Part shown: positions 26,030-39,441 of the stretch, in pieces
Layout: each line of letters begins with the position of its first letter
Numbering within the stretch: the stretch's first letter is position 1
NCBI RefSeq assembly: GCF_009914755.1
Contig: NC_060933.1
Origin: the human T2T-CHM13v2.0 reference genome, Homo sapiens
Length of the DNA: 64,000 bases
Direction: 5' to 3' (one strand)
Translations under genes and position numbers: made by a program
The notes under the pieces: model-generated
Database searches by the model: none
The model's input: only the letters and a program-made list of their open reading frames with translations
Told to the model about the DNA's origin: nothing

Positions 26030-27043
26030 CATGTAGCGTGTGTGGGTGTGTGGTGTATGAAGTGTGTACATGTGTGCACGTGCGTGTGTGTATGTGTGGT
26101 GTGTATGTGTAGTTTATGGAGGGTGTATGTGTGTGCACATGCGTGTGTGTATGTGTGGTGTATGGAGTGTGTATATATGTGCACGTGTGTGTGTATGTGT
26201 GGTGTATGGCATGTGTACATGTGTGCACGTGTATGTGTGGTGTGTGTGTGGTGTATGGAGTGTGCATATGTGTGCACATATGTGTGTGTATGTGTGGTGT
26301 ATGGAGTGTGTACATTTGTGCACGTGTGTGTGTGGTGTGTGGAGTGTGTATATGTGTGCACATGTGTATGTGTGGTCTATGGAGCGTGTACGTGTGTGCA
26401 TGTGCATGTGTGTATGTGTGGTGTGTGGTGTATGGAGTGTGTATATATGTGCACGTGTGTGTATGTGATGTATGGAGTGTGTACATGCAGGCATGTGCAT
26501 GTGTGGTGTATGGAGTGTGTATATGTGTGCACGTGCATGTGTGTATGTGTGGTTTATGGAGTGTGTATGTGTGTGCATGCATGTGTACGTATGTGTGGTG
26601 TGTGTGGTGTATGGAATGTATACATGTGTGCACGTGCATGTATGTGTGGTGGGTTTATGGTGTATGGAGTGCATACATGTGTGCACATGTGTGTATGTGT
26701 GGTGTGTGGTGTATGCAGTGTGTACATGTGTGCACGTGTGTGTAGGTGTGTGTGGTGTATGGAGTGTGTACATGTGTGCACGTGCATGTGTGGTGTGTGT
26801 ATGTATGGAGTGCATACATGGGTGCACTTGCGTGTATGTGTAGTGTGTGTGGTGTATGCAGTGTGCACATGTGTGTACGTGTGGTGTGTGGAGTGCGTGC
26901 ATGTGTGCACATGCGTGTATGTGTGGTGTATGGAGTGCGTACATGTGTGCACATGTGTGTATGTGTGGTGTGTGGTGTATGGAGTGTGTACATGTGTGCA
27001 CGTGCATGTGTGTATGTGTGGTGTGTGTGCAGGCATGTGTGCA
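26030..27043. repeat. About 1-kb TG-rich minisatellite (TGTGGTGTATGGAGTGTGTA..TGTGCAC units)
   Basis: Repeating units of roughly 36-46 bp; source of several Cys/Val and His/Thr pseudo-ORFs. Confidence 0.92.
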
Positions 27044-28642
27044 CCTCCTCAGGTGGACTGGAAGCGTACAGAGGCAGTGCCATGCCTGTCCCTCAACCCC
27101 AGGTCAGGGCTTAGAAGTTGGGTGTCTTCAGCCCTATGATGGGGACACGTAGGACATGTTCCAGTTCCCCTGCTGGGTGGATGGGCTTGGAGCCCTGGAT
27201 GCTGGAGCCTTGGCTTGCTCATACCCTGAGAGCTGGGGAGAGGGCGCCAGCCTTGGGCTGCTCTGCATTCAAAGACTCCGGGGCCAGGAAAGGGCTGAGC
27301 TTGGCTGTCCTCTATGCCTGCCCTTCGAGGCCAGGAGGGACGCCAGGTGAGGAAGGGGCAGGCCAGGGCCCCTGAGACTTGGGGGATGCCAGGCCATCAG
27401 GGAGGGCAGCAGATGGGGCCACCAGGCCAGGGTGTCAGAGCGACCGTATGGGGGAGGGGCCTAGAGGGCCACCCTGTCCCCAGCCCAGGAGCGGAGCCAG
27501 CTATCTCCCAGCCCTGGAGGCGACAGGGGGTGACTCTAGGACAAATAACCGCCCTCTTTCCATGGGCAGTGGACCTGGGCAACCACTCCCAAGCCGGTGG
27601 CACCGTCTGGAAACACAAACAGGCCCCAGACAGGTGTAGGTAACTTCCTGCCTGACAGATGGGCCTGGAATCGCTGGGTGCCGGGGGACGCAGGTTGTGA
27701 GGTGATGTCTGGGACCTGCTGCCACCACCCCCGCAGTCCTTCACAGACAGCACCGCCCATCACGCAGCAGGGAGGCCCAGCCGAGGGAGCCCGGCATTTG
27801 GGCCCTGCAGCCTCTGCTCACGGGCACTGCACCCAAACCCATCACCTTTCCACGCTGGGGACGGCGTGCAGGGCTACAAGCCAGCATGCGGGTGCTGAGG
27901 GCCAGAAGCGGAGCTCACACCTCCCACACCAACCACTCTAGAGGGGCAGCCCCTGCTCTGGGCCCTGAACAAGCGGCTGGGGTGGGAGGGATGACGCTTG
28001 GCTGAGTCTTGTTTTAAGGGTTAGGACGTATATAAAGTGTCTGGGGTGCAGTGAGGTTGATACATTGAGGCACTTCTTATTGGTTATAATGAAAACTGCT
28101 TGATTCAGGGACCCAGCGGGAGGGGTGGGGCCAGAGTGGGCTGGGCCAGGGATCCAGCTGGCCCCGCTGGCCCCAGCTTCCTAAATGGGGTCGCTCGGAG
28201 CCTGAGGACACAGGACAGAGATGGTGATAGCAGTTTCCAGGAGAAAACTGAAGACATGGAAGCCCCCCCTGTCATGGCTGGCACCCGGCTGGGACTCCTG
28301 GGCTCCTGGCCAGCAGTGGGGTGGGCAGACGCCAGACCTAGGGCTCCACCAGACACGCCAGTGGGTTGTGACAAGGCCTGGGAGGAGAACATTCTTATCT
28401 TTCCAGCTTGGTCCTGCGCACCCCGTCACAAGGGAATAAGCAGTTTCTTAAGAAGCATTTAGTGCAGCATGGTGGGCCCTTCACAGACCCCCGGGAACCT
28501 CTCAGGGTGTGGAAGAGATGTTTCTCCTGGATGCTCCAGGGCAGGGAAGGACAGCAGGAGCTGCAGGAGGAGAAACTGTCTGGGACTCTGGCCAAGTGTG
28601 AGCTGGGGAGGGCAGGGGCTCAGAGCCGGGCTGGGCGCAGCA

Positions 28643-28792
28643 TCAGACACAAGCACAGCACAGGGTGGAGCAGTCCAGCTTGGCCGGGGTCCCCGGGGAT
28701 CCAGCCTTCTTGTTGACCTTGGGCAGCAGCAGAACAAAGGACATAGCCAGGGCACAGTGGTAGAAGCTGTGGACGTAAGTGTAGTCCCAGTC
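28643..28792 (-). CDS. MYMK: Myomaker coding exon 5, aa 173-221 plus stop
   Basis: CAG acceptor; DWDYTYVHSFYHCALAMSFVLLLPKVNKKAGSPGTPAKLDCSTLCCACV-TGA; HSFYH His motif and C-terminal CCAC cluster; spliced total 666 nt = 221 aa. Confidence 0.99.
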   Translation of the reverse strand, partial: DWDYTYVHSFYHCALAMSFVLLLPKVNKKAGSPGTPAKLDCSTLCCACV

Positions 28793-28997
28793 CTGCGGGG
28801 GGCAAGCGGTCAGTCTGGGGCCTCAGCCCCCTCCCCGAGGCTCCTCCCTCTCCAAGACCCAGCAGAGCCCCTTCAGGCCCCCGCCTCTGCCAGGGCACTG
28901 GGACACCTGCAGGAAGCCTCCCCCACGGTCGCGCTCACAGTGGTTTTTCTCTCCACCTAAACCCAGAGCAGTGAGGGCCTGTGCCATCCTCCAGGCT

Positions 28998-29190
28998 GCC
29001 CTCCTTCCTTCTTCCCCATCCCCTCTCTCTGCTGTCCTTCTCTTCCTCCATCCTTCTCTCCCTCCTACCCTCCCTCCCTCCATCTCCCCCTCTTTTCTCT
29101 CCTTATCCCTCTTCCCCTGTTCCTCCCTCCCTCCTCCACTTTCTCCCTCCTTCCTTCCCTGTCTCCTCCCCTCCCTCCCTCCCTCCTCCA
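28998..29190. repeat. CT-rich low-complexity tract in MYMK intron 4
   Basis: Polypyrimidine (CCCT/CCTT) on the plus strand. Confidence 0.85.
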
Positions 29191-29497
29191 GGTGTTGGGC
29201 ACCTGCCCCAGGCGTCTCCCAGGCTGTGCTGCCGTCTGAGATGCCAGCTGTCTGTAGGCAGCCAGCTTTGGTCTCTGTGACCTCCAGGTCCACACAGGCC
29301 ATGGTGCTGGTGGTGCTGGGGACGGCATTGCCCCCGACATAGCCCTGGGAGGGGCTAGTGAGCAGGGACTAATACCAGACTTTGGCCTGGGGCTGTCAGA
29401 GTCCCCCCAGCGTGGGCACAGCCCTGGTATCCCAGCTGAGCAGAGCCATGCCGAGTGGGCTCTGGGGCACAGGACACCTCCCCGCTGGGCTTGGTAC

Positions 29498-29614
29498 CTC
29501 AAAGAAGAAGCGTAGCATCAGGGCCAGCGCCCCGAAGCAGAGGCCGGGGCCTATCTGCTGGGTGTAGACGCTCTTGTCTGGGTACAGGCCCTTCTTCTCC
29601 TTCATCTTCTGTAG
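29498..29614 (-). CDS. MYMK: Myomaker coding exon 4, aa 134-172
   Basis: CAG acceptor; LQKMKEKKGLYPDKSVYTQQIGPGLCFGALALMLRFFFE; 117 nt; donor GAG|GTACCA. Confidence 0.99.
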
Positions 29615-31390
29615 CTGTGAGGACAGGAGGCCACAGCAAAGCTTTTAGGTCACAGCACTGGGGAACGCCCCTCCCCAAACCAGCCCGAGAGCTGGCCCTG
29701 CACAGGCTCACCCCAGCCCTCTCCCGGCAGGAGAGGAGGCTCAGGAGCCTCCTGCCGCACCCAGCCTCAGATGGCTTCTGCTGGACAGGGCCCTTCACGG
29801 TGCGACCCAGCAGAGACCCCAGCCTGGATGGCTGGGAAGGAAGCCACTGGGCCATGTGCCCCACAAAGACCCCGCTGCCCTCCCGCCTCTTTGAGATGTA
29901 ACAACGCCACCCTCGCATGTCTCCTCCTCCCTGGAGGGGAGCTCTGGGGGGACTAGACTCCATGATTGCTTACCAAGGAAAGTACTGGAGTACTTGGGAC
30001 CTGCCAGCCCAGTGTGGCCCATGGGGATGGCACTTGTGGTGATCCCTGAGCCATGGACAAGCATCGTTTGCTTTCCTAGTTAAAGGACCTATCTCACTCT
30101 TCATTAGACAAACTTGGCCAGCACTGCTTCTCAGGTCCCAGTGCTTAGGAAGGCTCGCGTGGGCGTTTCCACTTACAGAGGGGTTTGCATTCCGAGGAAG
30201 ATGCGGGAAGTGTGGGGCCACATCCCTGGAGCCGGCCTTGTGTTTTCTAGGCCACTTCACATGGAGTCTATTTGGGATTTTCAAGGGCAGTTGTTTCCTG
30301 GAATGAGGGTGGATTTTTCTCCCTGAGCCTGGTCCCCTCTTGGGAGGGGCTGGGGAACGACAGCCTTGTTGGGGAGGAAGGAGGGAGGGTTGGGTGATGG
30401 CGGCCTCGGAGTGGGGCCAGGCCCGTGGGGGTACACTCAGGAGGCTATAGATTTCAGTGGAATCAACTGTTAGACACACAGCGTGTGGCACAAGCCCCTG
30501 GGGGTGGGGGCAGCACCCCATAACTGCACCCATTGCTGAGTGGCCTATGCAAAGAGCACAAAGAGCCTTATGCTGGGTCAGGTCAGGTTTTGCCACCCAG
30601 TGAATTATGAATTGATGCCCGGCTTTCCATTTTCTGGAATTCCATTGCCAACAAGGAATTGAGCACCTGCAGTCCTGCAGTGGCCTGAAGACAGCTGGAC
30701 CGTGTGACCCTGGGTGCGGTGGTCAAGGCTGCCAGCCCACCTCTGGCCAGCCCTGCAGTAGTAACACCAGGGAGAAGAGAGGTGCCTGCCCCAGGTCACA
30801 CAGTGGGCCTGGCACTATTGAAAGGGCGCCATCACCCAACCCTCCCTCCTTCTTCCTCCCGGGCTGCCATTGCCCAACCCCTCCCAAGAGGGGACGAGGC
30901 TCAGGGAGAAAAATCCACCCTCATTCCAGGAAACAATTGCCCTTGAAAATCCTAAATAAACTCCATACTAAATGGTCTAGAAGACAACAATTTGAGCCCC
31001 AGATGCGGGGAGGCGGGCAGCCCATCCTCGGCTCCTGTGGCTGGATCTGCAGCCTGAGGGCCTTGGCAGTCTCGTGGCTCTTGGTGGGAAACACAGCAGT
31101 GAATTCTCTTCTGGGCAATTACAGTTCAGCCCAGTTCAGACCTGGCCAAGACCAGCGGGAGGAGCAACCTTCAGGGGCAGAAGGAGGCGAGAGGCGGGTG
31201 GCCAGGACCCAGGGCCCCAGCACGCTCCTTCCTGCCACCCACCTTGGTCCAGCCCACTTATGCCCAGCGCTCCCTCTCTCCCCACCAGGTGACTCCCAGG
31301 GGCCTCCTGGGTCAGCCCAGGATTAGTGCTGCTTCCTCAGGTTGCAGACAGAAAGCAGGTCCTCTGTCTTCTGCTCAAAAAGTCAAGTCC

Positions 31391-31690
<300 letters not shown>

Positions 31691-32878
31691 TCAAGTTCTG
31701 GCCCCGCCACTGCCCTGCCATGACGTCCTGTTAAGTTGCTGAGGCCTCCATGCTTTGGTTCCTTCATAGGCCAAATGGCAAATCAGTCCCATGCTCCTTG
31801 GCTGTGGGGAGGATTGGGACGGGCTTTGCAAGCTGCCCACCAGAACTCGAGTGCTCTCCCCACAGCCGTGGGCCCTCCTGCACTGAGAGCTGCCCTCTGT
31901 CTTGCTGGGTGTCCTGCGGCTCTGGCCGGGGCTGGCAGTGTGGCTGGGCTGGACCAGGCCAGGTCCTCTCTTGGCACTTGAAACTGACCCTGAGACTTCA
32001 GGTCCACTCCAAAGAGGTGAAATGCAGCAGAGGGATGTTCAGGCGGTGCCTGGGCTGCTGCAGGCCTGGAGAGCAGGCTCAGGCTGAAGCCTGCTGGCCC
32101 CCCAGGTCTGGGAGACCCTTGCAAGGGTGAGCTCCCTCCTGCTCTGGGGTCCCAGGAGATGCCCCGGGTCTATTTTTCCCTAAGATCCCTCTTTAGCTTG
32201 GGCGAGTTTGAGTGGGGTTTGGTCCCTGAGCCAGGAGGGTCTTGGTAGGACGGAGAGAGCAGGGAGCACTGAAGACCACGTGAGGGCCTTGCTGCTCTGC
32301 AAGGGGCTGTCTGTGCTAGAAGGTCTGGCCCAGGCTGCCTCACTGTCATACCACACTCTCCCTCCTGGCTAGAACCAAGCTCGAGGCTCACTCCCTCCAG
32401 GAAGTCTTCCCAGATTACCCCAGGCCATTTTCCAAGTTGATGTTGCATCTCTAAAGCAGCTGGTAGTAAGAGCGGTGATGAGAGTGATAACAAATAGCTC
32501 TTATGTGCGGAGCACATTGGAAGCCAGGCTCCATGCCAGGACTTCAGGTGCCTGATCTCAGTGAGTCTTTGAACCACCCCATGAGACAGGCAGGGGGCTG
32601 TAATGACAACACCTGCTTTACAGGTACGGGCGTGGAGGTGAGACATTGGGTAACTTGGGCTCAGTCTGGAGCTGGTGAGTACAGACAAGCGTCACACACA
32701 GTCTACACAGCCGGAGCACCTCATGGCTATTTTCTACGTGGTTTTGCTGAATTCCTGCATCCACCCATTTGCCTATGAGGGCAGGAGGTAAATGAAGATC
32801 CGAGGCAGGAGGAGTCAGACAGGGGAGAGGTGACGGGCCTCCTGGGTCCCCGTTCATCGAGGCTCGCGCAGTACGCAC

Positions 32879-33027
32879 CCACTTTGCCGCGATGATGAGG
32901 ATGGCTGTGCCGATGGGGCCCGAGTACACCCCGTAGCCCCATCGGTCATGGTAGATCCGCACAGCAATGGTCAGGACGCCGAACATCACAAATGTTGACC
33001 TCTTGGGTTCGTCGAAGTCGGCCAGTG
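32879..33027 (-). CDS. MYMK: Myomaker coding exon 3, aa 84-133
   Basis: CAG acceptor; (A)LADFDEPKRSTFVMFGVLTIAVRIYHDRWGYGVYSGPIGTAILIIAAKW; 149 nt; donor TGG|GTGCGT; phases match exons 2 and 4. Confidence 0.99.
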
Positions 33028-33276
33028 CTGGAGGGGCCAGGGAGACACAGGGGGAGGTGAGTGGTCTCTCTTGCTCCTCCTGGCTACCCCCCCACCCCCC
33101 AGCCCCCAGGAGGCATCCTGTAGATGCCCTCTCTCGGTGTCCCCTCAGCCAGCGAGACCCTGAGGCCCAGCCTGGTCATGGAGGGGTCTGAATTCCAGCC
33201 AGTTTGAGAGGACAGGCAGCCTGCTGCTTCCCCATGGACACAGCAGCTTGGATTGTGCTCCCAGCACCTCATTTTA

Positions 33277-33578
<302 letters not shown>

Positions 33579-34178
33579 CACTATGCAAAGTGAATAGGAT
33601 CGAATCTATCCCATAGGATCACAGGACAAAGACACTAAGATTCAAGAGAAGAAATGAAGCCCCTCACAGGCCCGGTTAGATGGCAAGGAGCCTCAGGTCA
33701 TGGGGACCTTGCCACAGACAACAGTTACGTGGAAAAAAACATGGTGGGAAAGGGGGCTTATGAACAGTCCCGTCTTCCAGGCTGGATATCACCCGTGTGT
33801 GTGGATGTTTGTATGACAGTCTGGGAAGCCAACCCCCCTGAGCAGTGAACAGCGGTCCTCCCAGGGAAGGAGTGACGGGAGGGAGCCCTTTCACTTTTTC
33901 CTTTGTATGCCTCTGCTGTTGAAATGTGTCACAACAAGCTTTTACTAAATGAGTCATTTTAAAAGGATATAAAAAATCGGCATCAGGGCATTTAAGAGGT
34001 GCATATTCTTTTTCATAGATTAAGCACAACCCTGAAACCCAGACAAGGGAAGACATTCCTGGGGCTGGGAGTGAGTGGGGATAGAGGGCTGCAGCGGGAC
34101 TGGTTTGAGGCTGGGTGTGCGGACACTGGGGAGCCGGTCCTTGTCCGCAAGGCTTGTCTGCAGGGGTTGACCACTCAC

Positions 34179-34293
34179 CCATCAGCGAGACCCACATGCT
34201 CAGGGCTGTCCCGTAGACACTGAAATACTCCAGGATGTCGTGACGCATGAAGCACAGCACAGACAAGCCGGGTCCATTGCAGGCATGGTGGAG
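34179..34293 (-). CDS. MYMK: Myomaker coding exon 2, aa 46-84
   Basis: CAG acceptor 34296-34294; LHHACNGPGLSVLCFMRHDILEYFSVYGTALSMWVSLM; 115 nt; donor G|GTGAGT. Confidence 0.99.
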
Positions 34294-34828
34294 CTGCCAG
34301 AAAACCCACAGGTGGTCACAGCACAAAGAGGCCAGAGCTGGTCCCCGAGCCACGGCCCCCAGAGTGCCAGGTCACTTGCTGGCTGTGAGAAGTCACTTTG
34401 GCGAGTCACTTAATGACTGTGTGCCTCAGTCTCCCCGTCTGAAAAATGGGGGTACTGCCGAGCACTCCCGCAGAGGGTCCTGTGGGGATTAAGTGGCACA
34501 TGCCAGCGAGGTGTTTAGGGGCTGGGGTGTGCCAAGGGTTCACTCAATGTCACCTCAGCAGAATTCGCTCATCTGCACTGGCAGGACTGGGCGGAGACTG
34601 AGTGGTCACTCAGGTGAAGCCCGCTTAGGTGGGGCGGTCTCCGGGAGGGACCCTACACGGCTCTCCCCGGACCTTCAGCATCTGTGCTTCCTTGAAGCAC
34701 ACAGCTGCGTGTTCACTCGCCAATCTTTGGATGTGAGGTCAGAGCCTCTCTGGGGGCTCCTTTGCTCTTTGGGGGCTCCTGGGGCCTTCTCTTGCACAAA
34801 TTACCCCTCTGATGACTGGTCTACACTG

Positions 34829-35010
34829 CAGCAGCGTTCTCAGGCTTGAGTGGGCATCAGAACGCCTGGGGCCTTGTTTAGACACAGGTTACTGAGCCCT
34901 GCCTAGGGTTGCTGATTAGGGAGGGCTGGGTTGGGTAGAAAATGTGCATTTTGAACACATTCCCTGTGGCACTGCTGAGGCTGGCAGGGCCCACACTGAG
35001 AGCCGGGCTG
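34829..35010. mobile_element. MER5A-like hAT relic
   Basis: CAGCGTTCTCAGGCTTGAGTGGGCATCAGAA...TGCATTTTGAACA..TTCCC...CACACTGAGAGCC pattern. Confidence 0.65.
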
Positions 35011-37687
35011 TAGCTCCTGGTTTCTGTTGCCTTAACGTGGACGAAGATCTCTGAGACCCCCTTGCAGAAGCTGAACACAGCCCCCTAGGCTCATCCATCT
35101 CTGCCCTATACTCTCGTCGTCGCCTCCCCAACACCCACTTTCATGGCAATTTTTAAGGCAAAAGGCTTATAGGGAGTGTTTTCAAAGCAGTCAACTACTT
35201 TTCTACGGAAAACAACTCTCTCTCCTTTTGCATTCGCATTTCATCATTTTAGGTAATATTTAATTACATGACATAATTATTTTGACAGGTTCAACTGGCA
35301 CAAACAAGCTTGGGAAACAGCACGGTGGACTCTTGGTCAGCCCAGCTCAGCGGGAGGAGCAGGCGTGCTGGAAAGCAGCCCGTGTCTGGAGGCGACAGGG
35401 ACAGCACAGAGGGAGCGGGGGCCCTGGGTGATCTGGGGGGCAGGCAATTCGGGGTCAAAGTGGAGTGCTTCTACTGATGGCAATTGTACACGGCCTAAAG
35501 TGACGGTGCACCTAGGAGGCATTAATAGGGATCCAGCATCTAAAATGAGGGAGGCGGCGGTCCTGCTTCTCTCTGTTCTTGTCAGGCTCATCCAGAAGAC
35601 TATGCCGAGCTCTGTGTGGTGCACCTTTCTTGAAGTGAGACTGGGAAAGACGCGGCTAGAGGAGGGTGACCAGCGGTGGACATGACTGTTTACCTTGGGG
35701 ACAGGGAAGCTTCAGGAGGGGCCTGATCAAGGTGCTTACACCTCTGTGGGAAAGAGGAGCGAGGAAGACTCCGGCCCTAGGCTGTTCTCCTGTTCTCCTG
35801 GCTTCTTCCCATCCCCCACCCCAGCCCCATCACCTGCTGTCTGTGTGCCTCAATGTAGCACAGATGGTCATGTGTGATTAAGGCATTCACTGTGAGATTG
35901 TGATAAGGCCTGTGCCCTTGCCCTGCCAGGAGCAGGAATGGCTCTGTCTGGTCCCAGTTGCATGGACGGCTCCCAGCATAGAGTGCTTGCTGCATGTGTT
36001 CAGGGAGGGGGACGCCAGGCTCTGAGAATTCTAAAGGACAGCCAGCTCACCCTGGGGACCCAGAGCCTCTGCCACTAGGCCCTTGGCTCCTCCCAATGGT
36101 GGGAACTTAGCTCCATTCGACAGATGGGGAAAGTGAACTTCAGAGCAGCACTGCCTGCCCAAAGAGGTGAAACAGAGCAGTGCTTGGCACCTGGCCACTT
36201 CCTCCCATCCTGCAGTGCAGGGGGCAGACCTGGCCCAGCCGGGGCACTAGTGGGGTGGGTGCGGCTGAGGGCCTGGGGGGTCAGAGCTCAGGCTCGGGGA
36301 GTCTGACTTTGCAGATGTTCCCAGTGGGGGCTCAGGTGAGTGGCTGTCGGTGGGGGGGGGGCCTCCTCTGTTGTGTGGGGACAAGCACACTGTCTCCGTG
36401 GGGTTTGCACCCATAGCAAGGTGTCCGGCACAGAGATGGAGATTGTCACGGGAGGGGCCTGATTGGAAGGGAAGGGACGCCATGCGGGTGGCAGAACTTT
36501 GGGAGGGACTGAGTGTGGCTTTGAGTTCAGAAGACGTTTGTCACAAGAGGCAGCTGCCCCTGCCACTCTGGGTGGGGCAGGGTGGGGCCTCTGAGACCAG
36601 TGCAGAGGCAGCTGCGGGGCCAGCCTAGGCCCAGGCAGGGAGGTGTGGCCTGGTGGGTGCTTGTGGTTTGCTGGGCTAGGTCTAACAGGAGCCTTGAGAA
36701 CAAGACCTCAGCTTTTCTCCCTGCGCTAAGGCCATGGGACCTGCAGAGAAATCCTGGCTCTGCTCTGGGCTTCAGTCTCTCATCTGCCCAAGAGGCTTCC
36801 TAGCCCTAGCCCAGGCTGGAGTCCCAGAGGAGCGAATGCAGTGGCATTTGGGTGAGTCAGGAGCTCTGGAGAGCTTGATGGTCACAGTGACACAAGTGAC
36901 TCTGTCTCTCTGGGATTTGGTTTCTTCATCTGCCAAATGGGAATCAAGATCCTAGGCTTGTGGGGAAGGTGAAAAGGCTGAATCAGACACTGTGCACAGA
37001 GCGCCTAGCCGAGTCCTCTGCCCTGGGTACTGGCGCTCGAGGTGGACTCAGAAGCTCCAGGGCATCTGGTTCCACAAAGGACCCAGCCTGTCCCAGGCCA
37101 CTGTCACCCTTGGGAGTGGCACACACTGGAGGGAATGCCTCGCTCCCAGCCCACACGTGCACACTCAGCTTCTGCCATTGCGGGCAAAATTGGACTTGAC
37201 CAATTCAGGATACAAGCATAACATGTGAATATATGCTTGCAAACACACGTGTGAGCTCACGGGCCTCACCCGCTCAGGACTCCCTCTGTGCACTCACATG
37301 CACTTGGCATTCTTGCCCATAGAGGCCCTGCTGCTGGAGAAGGAGGCTGTCTGGGGAGAGGAGGTGGAGTTTTCACAGGTTGGGCCCAGCACTGCCCCAA
37401 GAAGGAGGCTAGTGGGACGCTTGCCTCCCCAGAGCAGGTGTCATGCTGGGGATTGGGCTGTCAGTGAAGGAGGGGTGTGATGGAAGGTGAGCAAGGAAGG
37501 CTTCGGGAGAGCAAGAGGTGGGGCACCACTTGTGGGAGTCCAGGAGTGAGGGCATGTTAGTGGAGAAAGTCGGAAAGACCCAGAGGCAAGAAGGCAGGGG
37601 GTACCGAGACATATAAATGATGGCTGAATGGCGAGATGGTAATAGACGAATAGATCACAGGTAGATGGATGCGTAGATAGAGAGATA

Positions 37688-37691
<4 letters not shown>

Positions 37692-37729
<38 letters not shown>
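37692..37729. repeat. (GA)19 microsatellite, with GA-rich sequence continuing to about 38200
   Basis: Pure GA dinucleotide run in MYMK intron 1. Confidence 0.95.
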
Positions 37730-37731
<2 letters not shown>

Positions 37732-38718
37732 AGCTGGAGAAGGTGGATAGCTAAAGCCAGAGAGACACATGGAGAGTCAGGGGACTAAAACCAGGGAGGG
37801 TGGGACCAAGAGCTTTAGAGAGAGTGAATTCCATGGGGATCGAGTTCCAGAAATCAAAAGAGAACCAGACAGAGAGAGAAAGGAAAAAAAGAGAAACAGA
37901 GAAAACTAGACACAGAAAACCAATACGAGAAACACAGAGTGAAAGAGACCCAGAAAGAGAGAGAGAGAAGACAGGGGAGACAGGGGTCCCAGAAACAGCG
38001 ACCTCAGAAACAAGGACAGATGGGGTTCTGGGCGCTCCACTGAAAGCCGGATAAGATCACCCAATGACAGGTACCAGGAAACAGAGAGCAGGAGAGAGCC
38101 AGAGAGAGAGCAAGCGGAGACAGTCAGCCAGCCAGACACATAAATAGAAAGAGAAAGACGGACCCACAGAGAGAGAAGTAGGCCCCAGAAGAGGGAGAGA
38201 CCAGCAGGCCCTCCTGAACCAGAGCAGCTCCAGGATTCTGGAATCAGACTCACTCACCCAGGCCTTCACACTCCCTGAACCCTGCAGACCCCTTCCCAGG
38301 CCTGGCTTGCCCCACTCATCTCTGCTCCATCGTGGCCTATGGGTAGAGCTCGAAGAGAGGTGGGGAGGGGAGGTGGCCCCATGGGCAGCCGTGGGGGCTT
38401 TGATTAGCAGCTGAGAAAAGGGGCACGCTGGAAGGGTTTATCCTCAACTCAATGGCCCTGCTTCACCCCAGGCTTGGTCTCACACAGGCAGTGATCCCAG
38501 AGCAACTTCCTGGCACAGATGGGAAAACTGAGGTCCAGATAGGGGAAGGGACTCCCCTAGTCCTCTCTCTTCAGTCTCCAGACCCCACCTGGGCCTGCTG
38601 TTTCATTTTCAAATCACTTCTGCTCATCACCCAATACAAGAACGCTGTGGACAGAGAGCCTCTCCTCTACCTCCAGGATGGGGCCTGTGTGGGACTTCCT
38701 CCCAGCCCCCAGACTCAC

Positions 38719-38853
38719 CGCCACGAAGAACAGGGTGAAGAGGTAGACCATGGCCTCCATGTGGAACCGCCTCTTGGCCGCGATGCTGACAGTGGGGAGG
38801 AAGGCCAGGCTGCTGAGGGTGGGCAGGAGCAGCTTGGCCACCAGCGTCCCCAT
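38719..38853 (-). CDS. MYMK: Myomaker (MYMK/TMEM8C) coding exon 1, aa 1-45
   Basis: ATG at 38853; translates MGTLVAKLLLPTLSSLAFLPTVSIAAKRRFHMEAMVYLFTLFFVA; 135 nt; donor GCG|GTGAGT, phase 0. Confidence 0.99.
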
Positions 38854-38954
38854 GGGCCAGGAGGAAAGCACTGGCTGGGGTGGGGAGGGTGCTGGTGTCC
38901 CAGGTCCCCAGCACAGGAGCACGAAGTGGGAAGGCCAGCTCCCTTTGGGCAGGG

Positions 38955-39441
<487 letters not shown>

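Noticed and set aside
25742-27139. 465-aa Cys/Val-rich ORF and the antisense His/Thr-rich ORFs
   Set aside because: Direct translation of the TG minisatellite; open in several frames because the repeat lacks stop codons.
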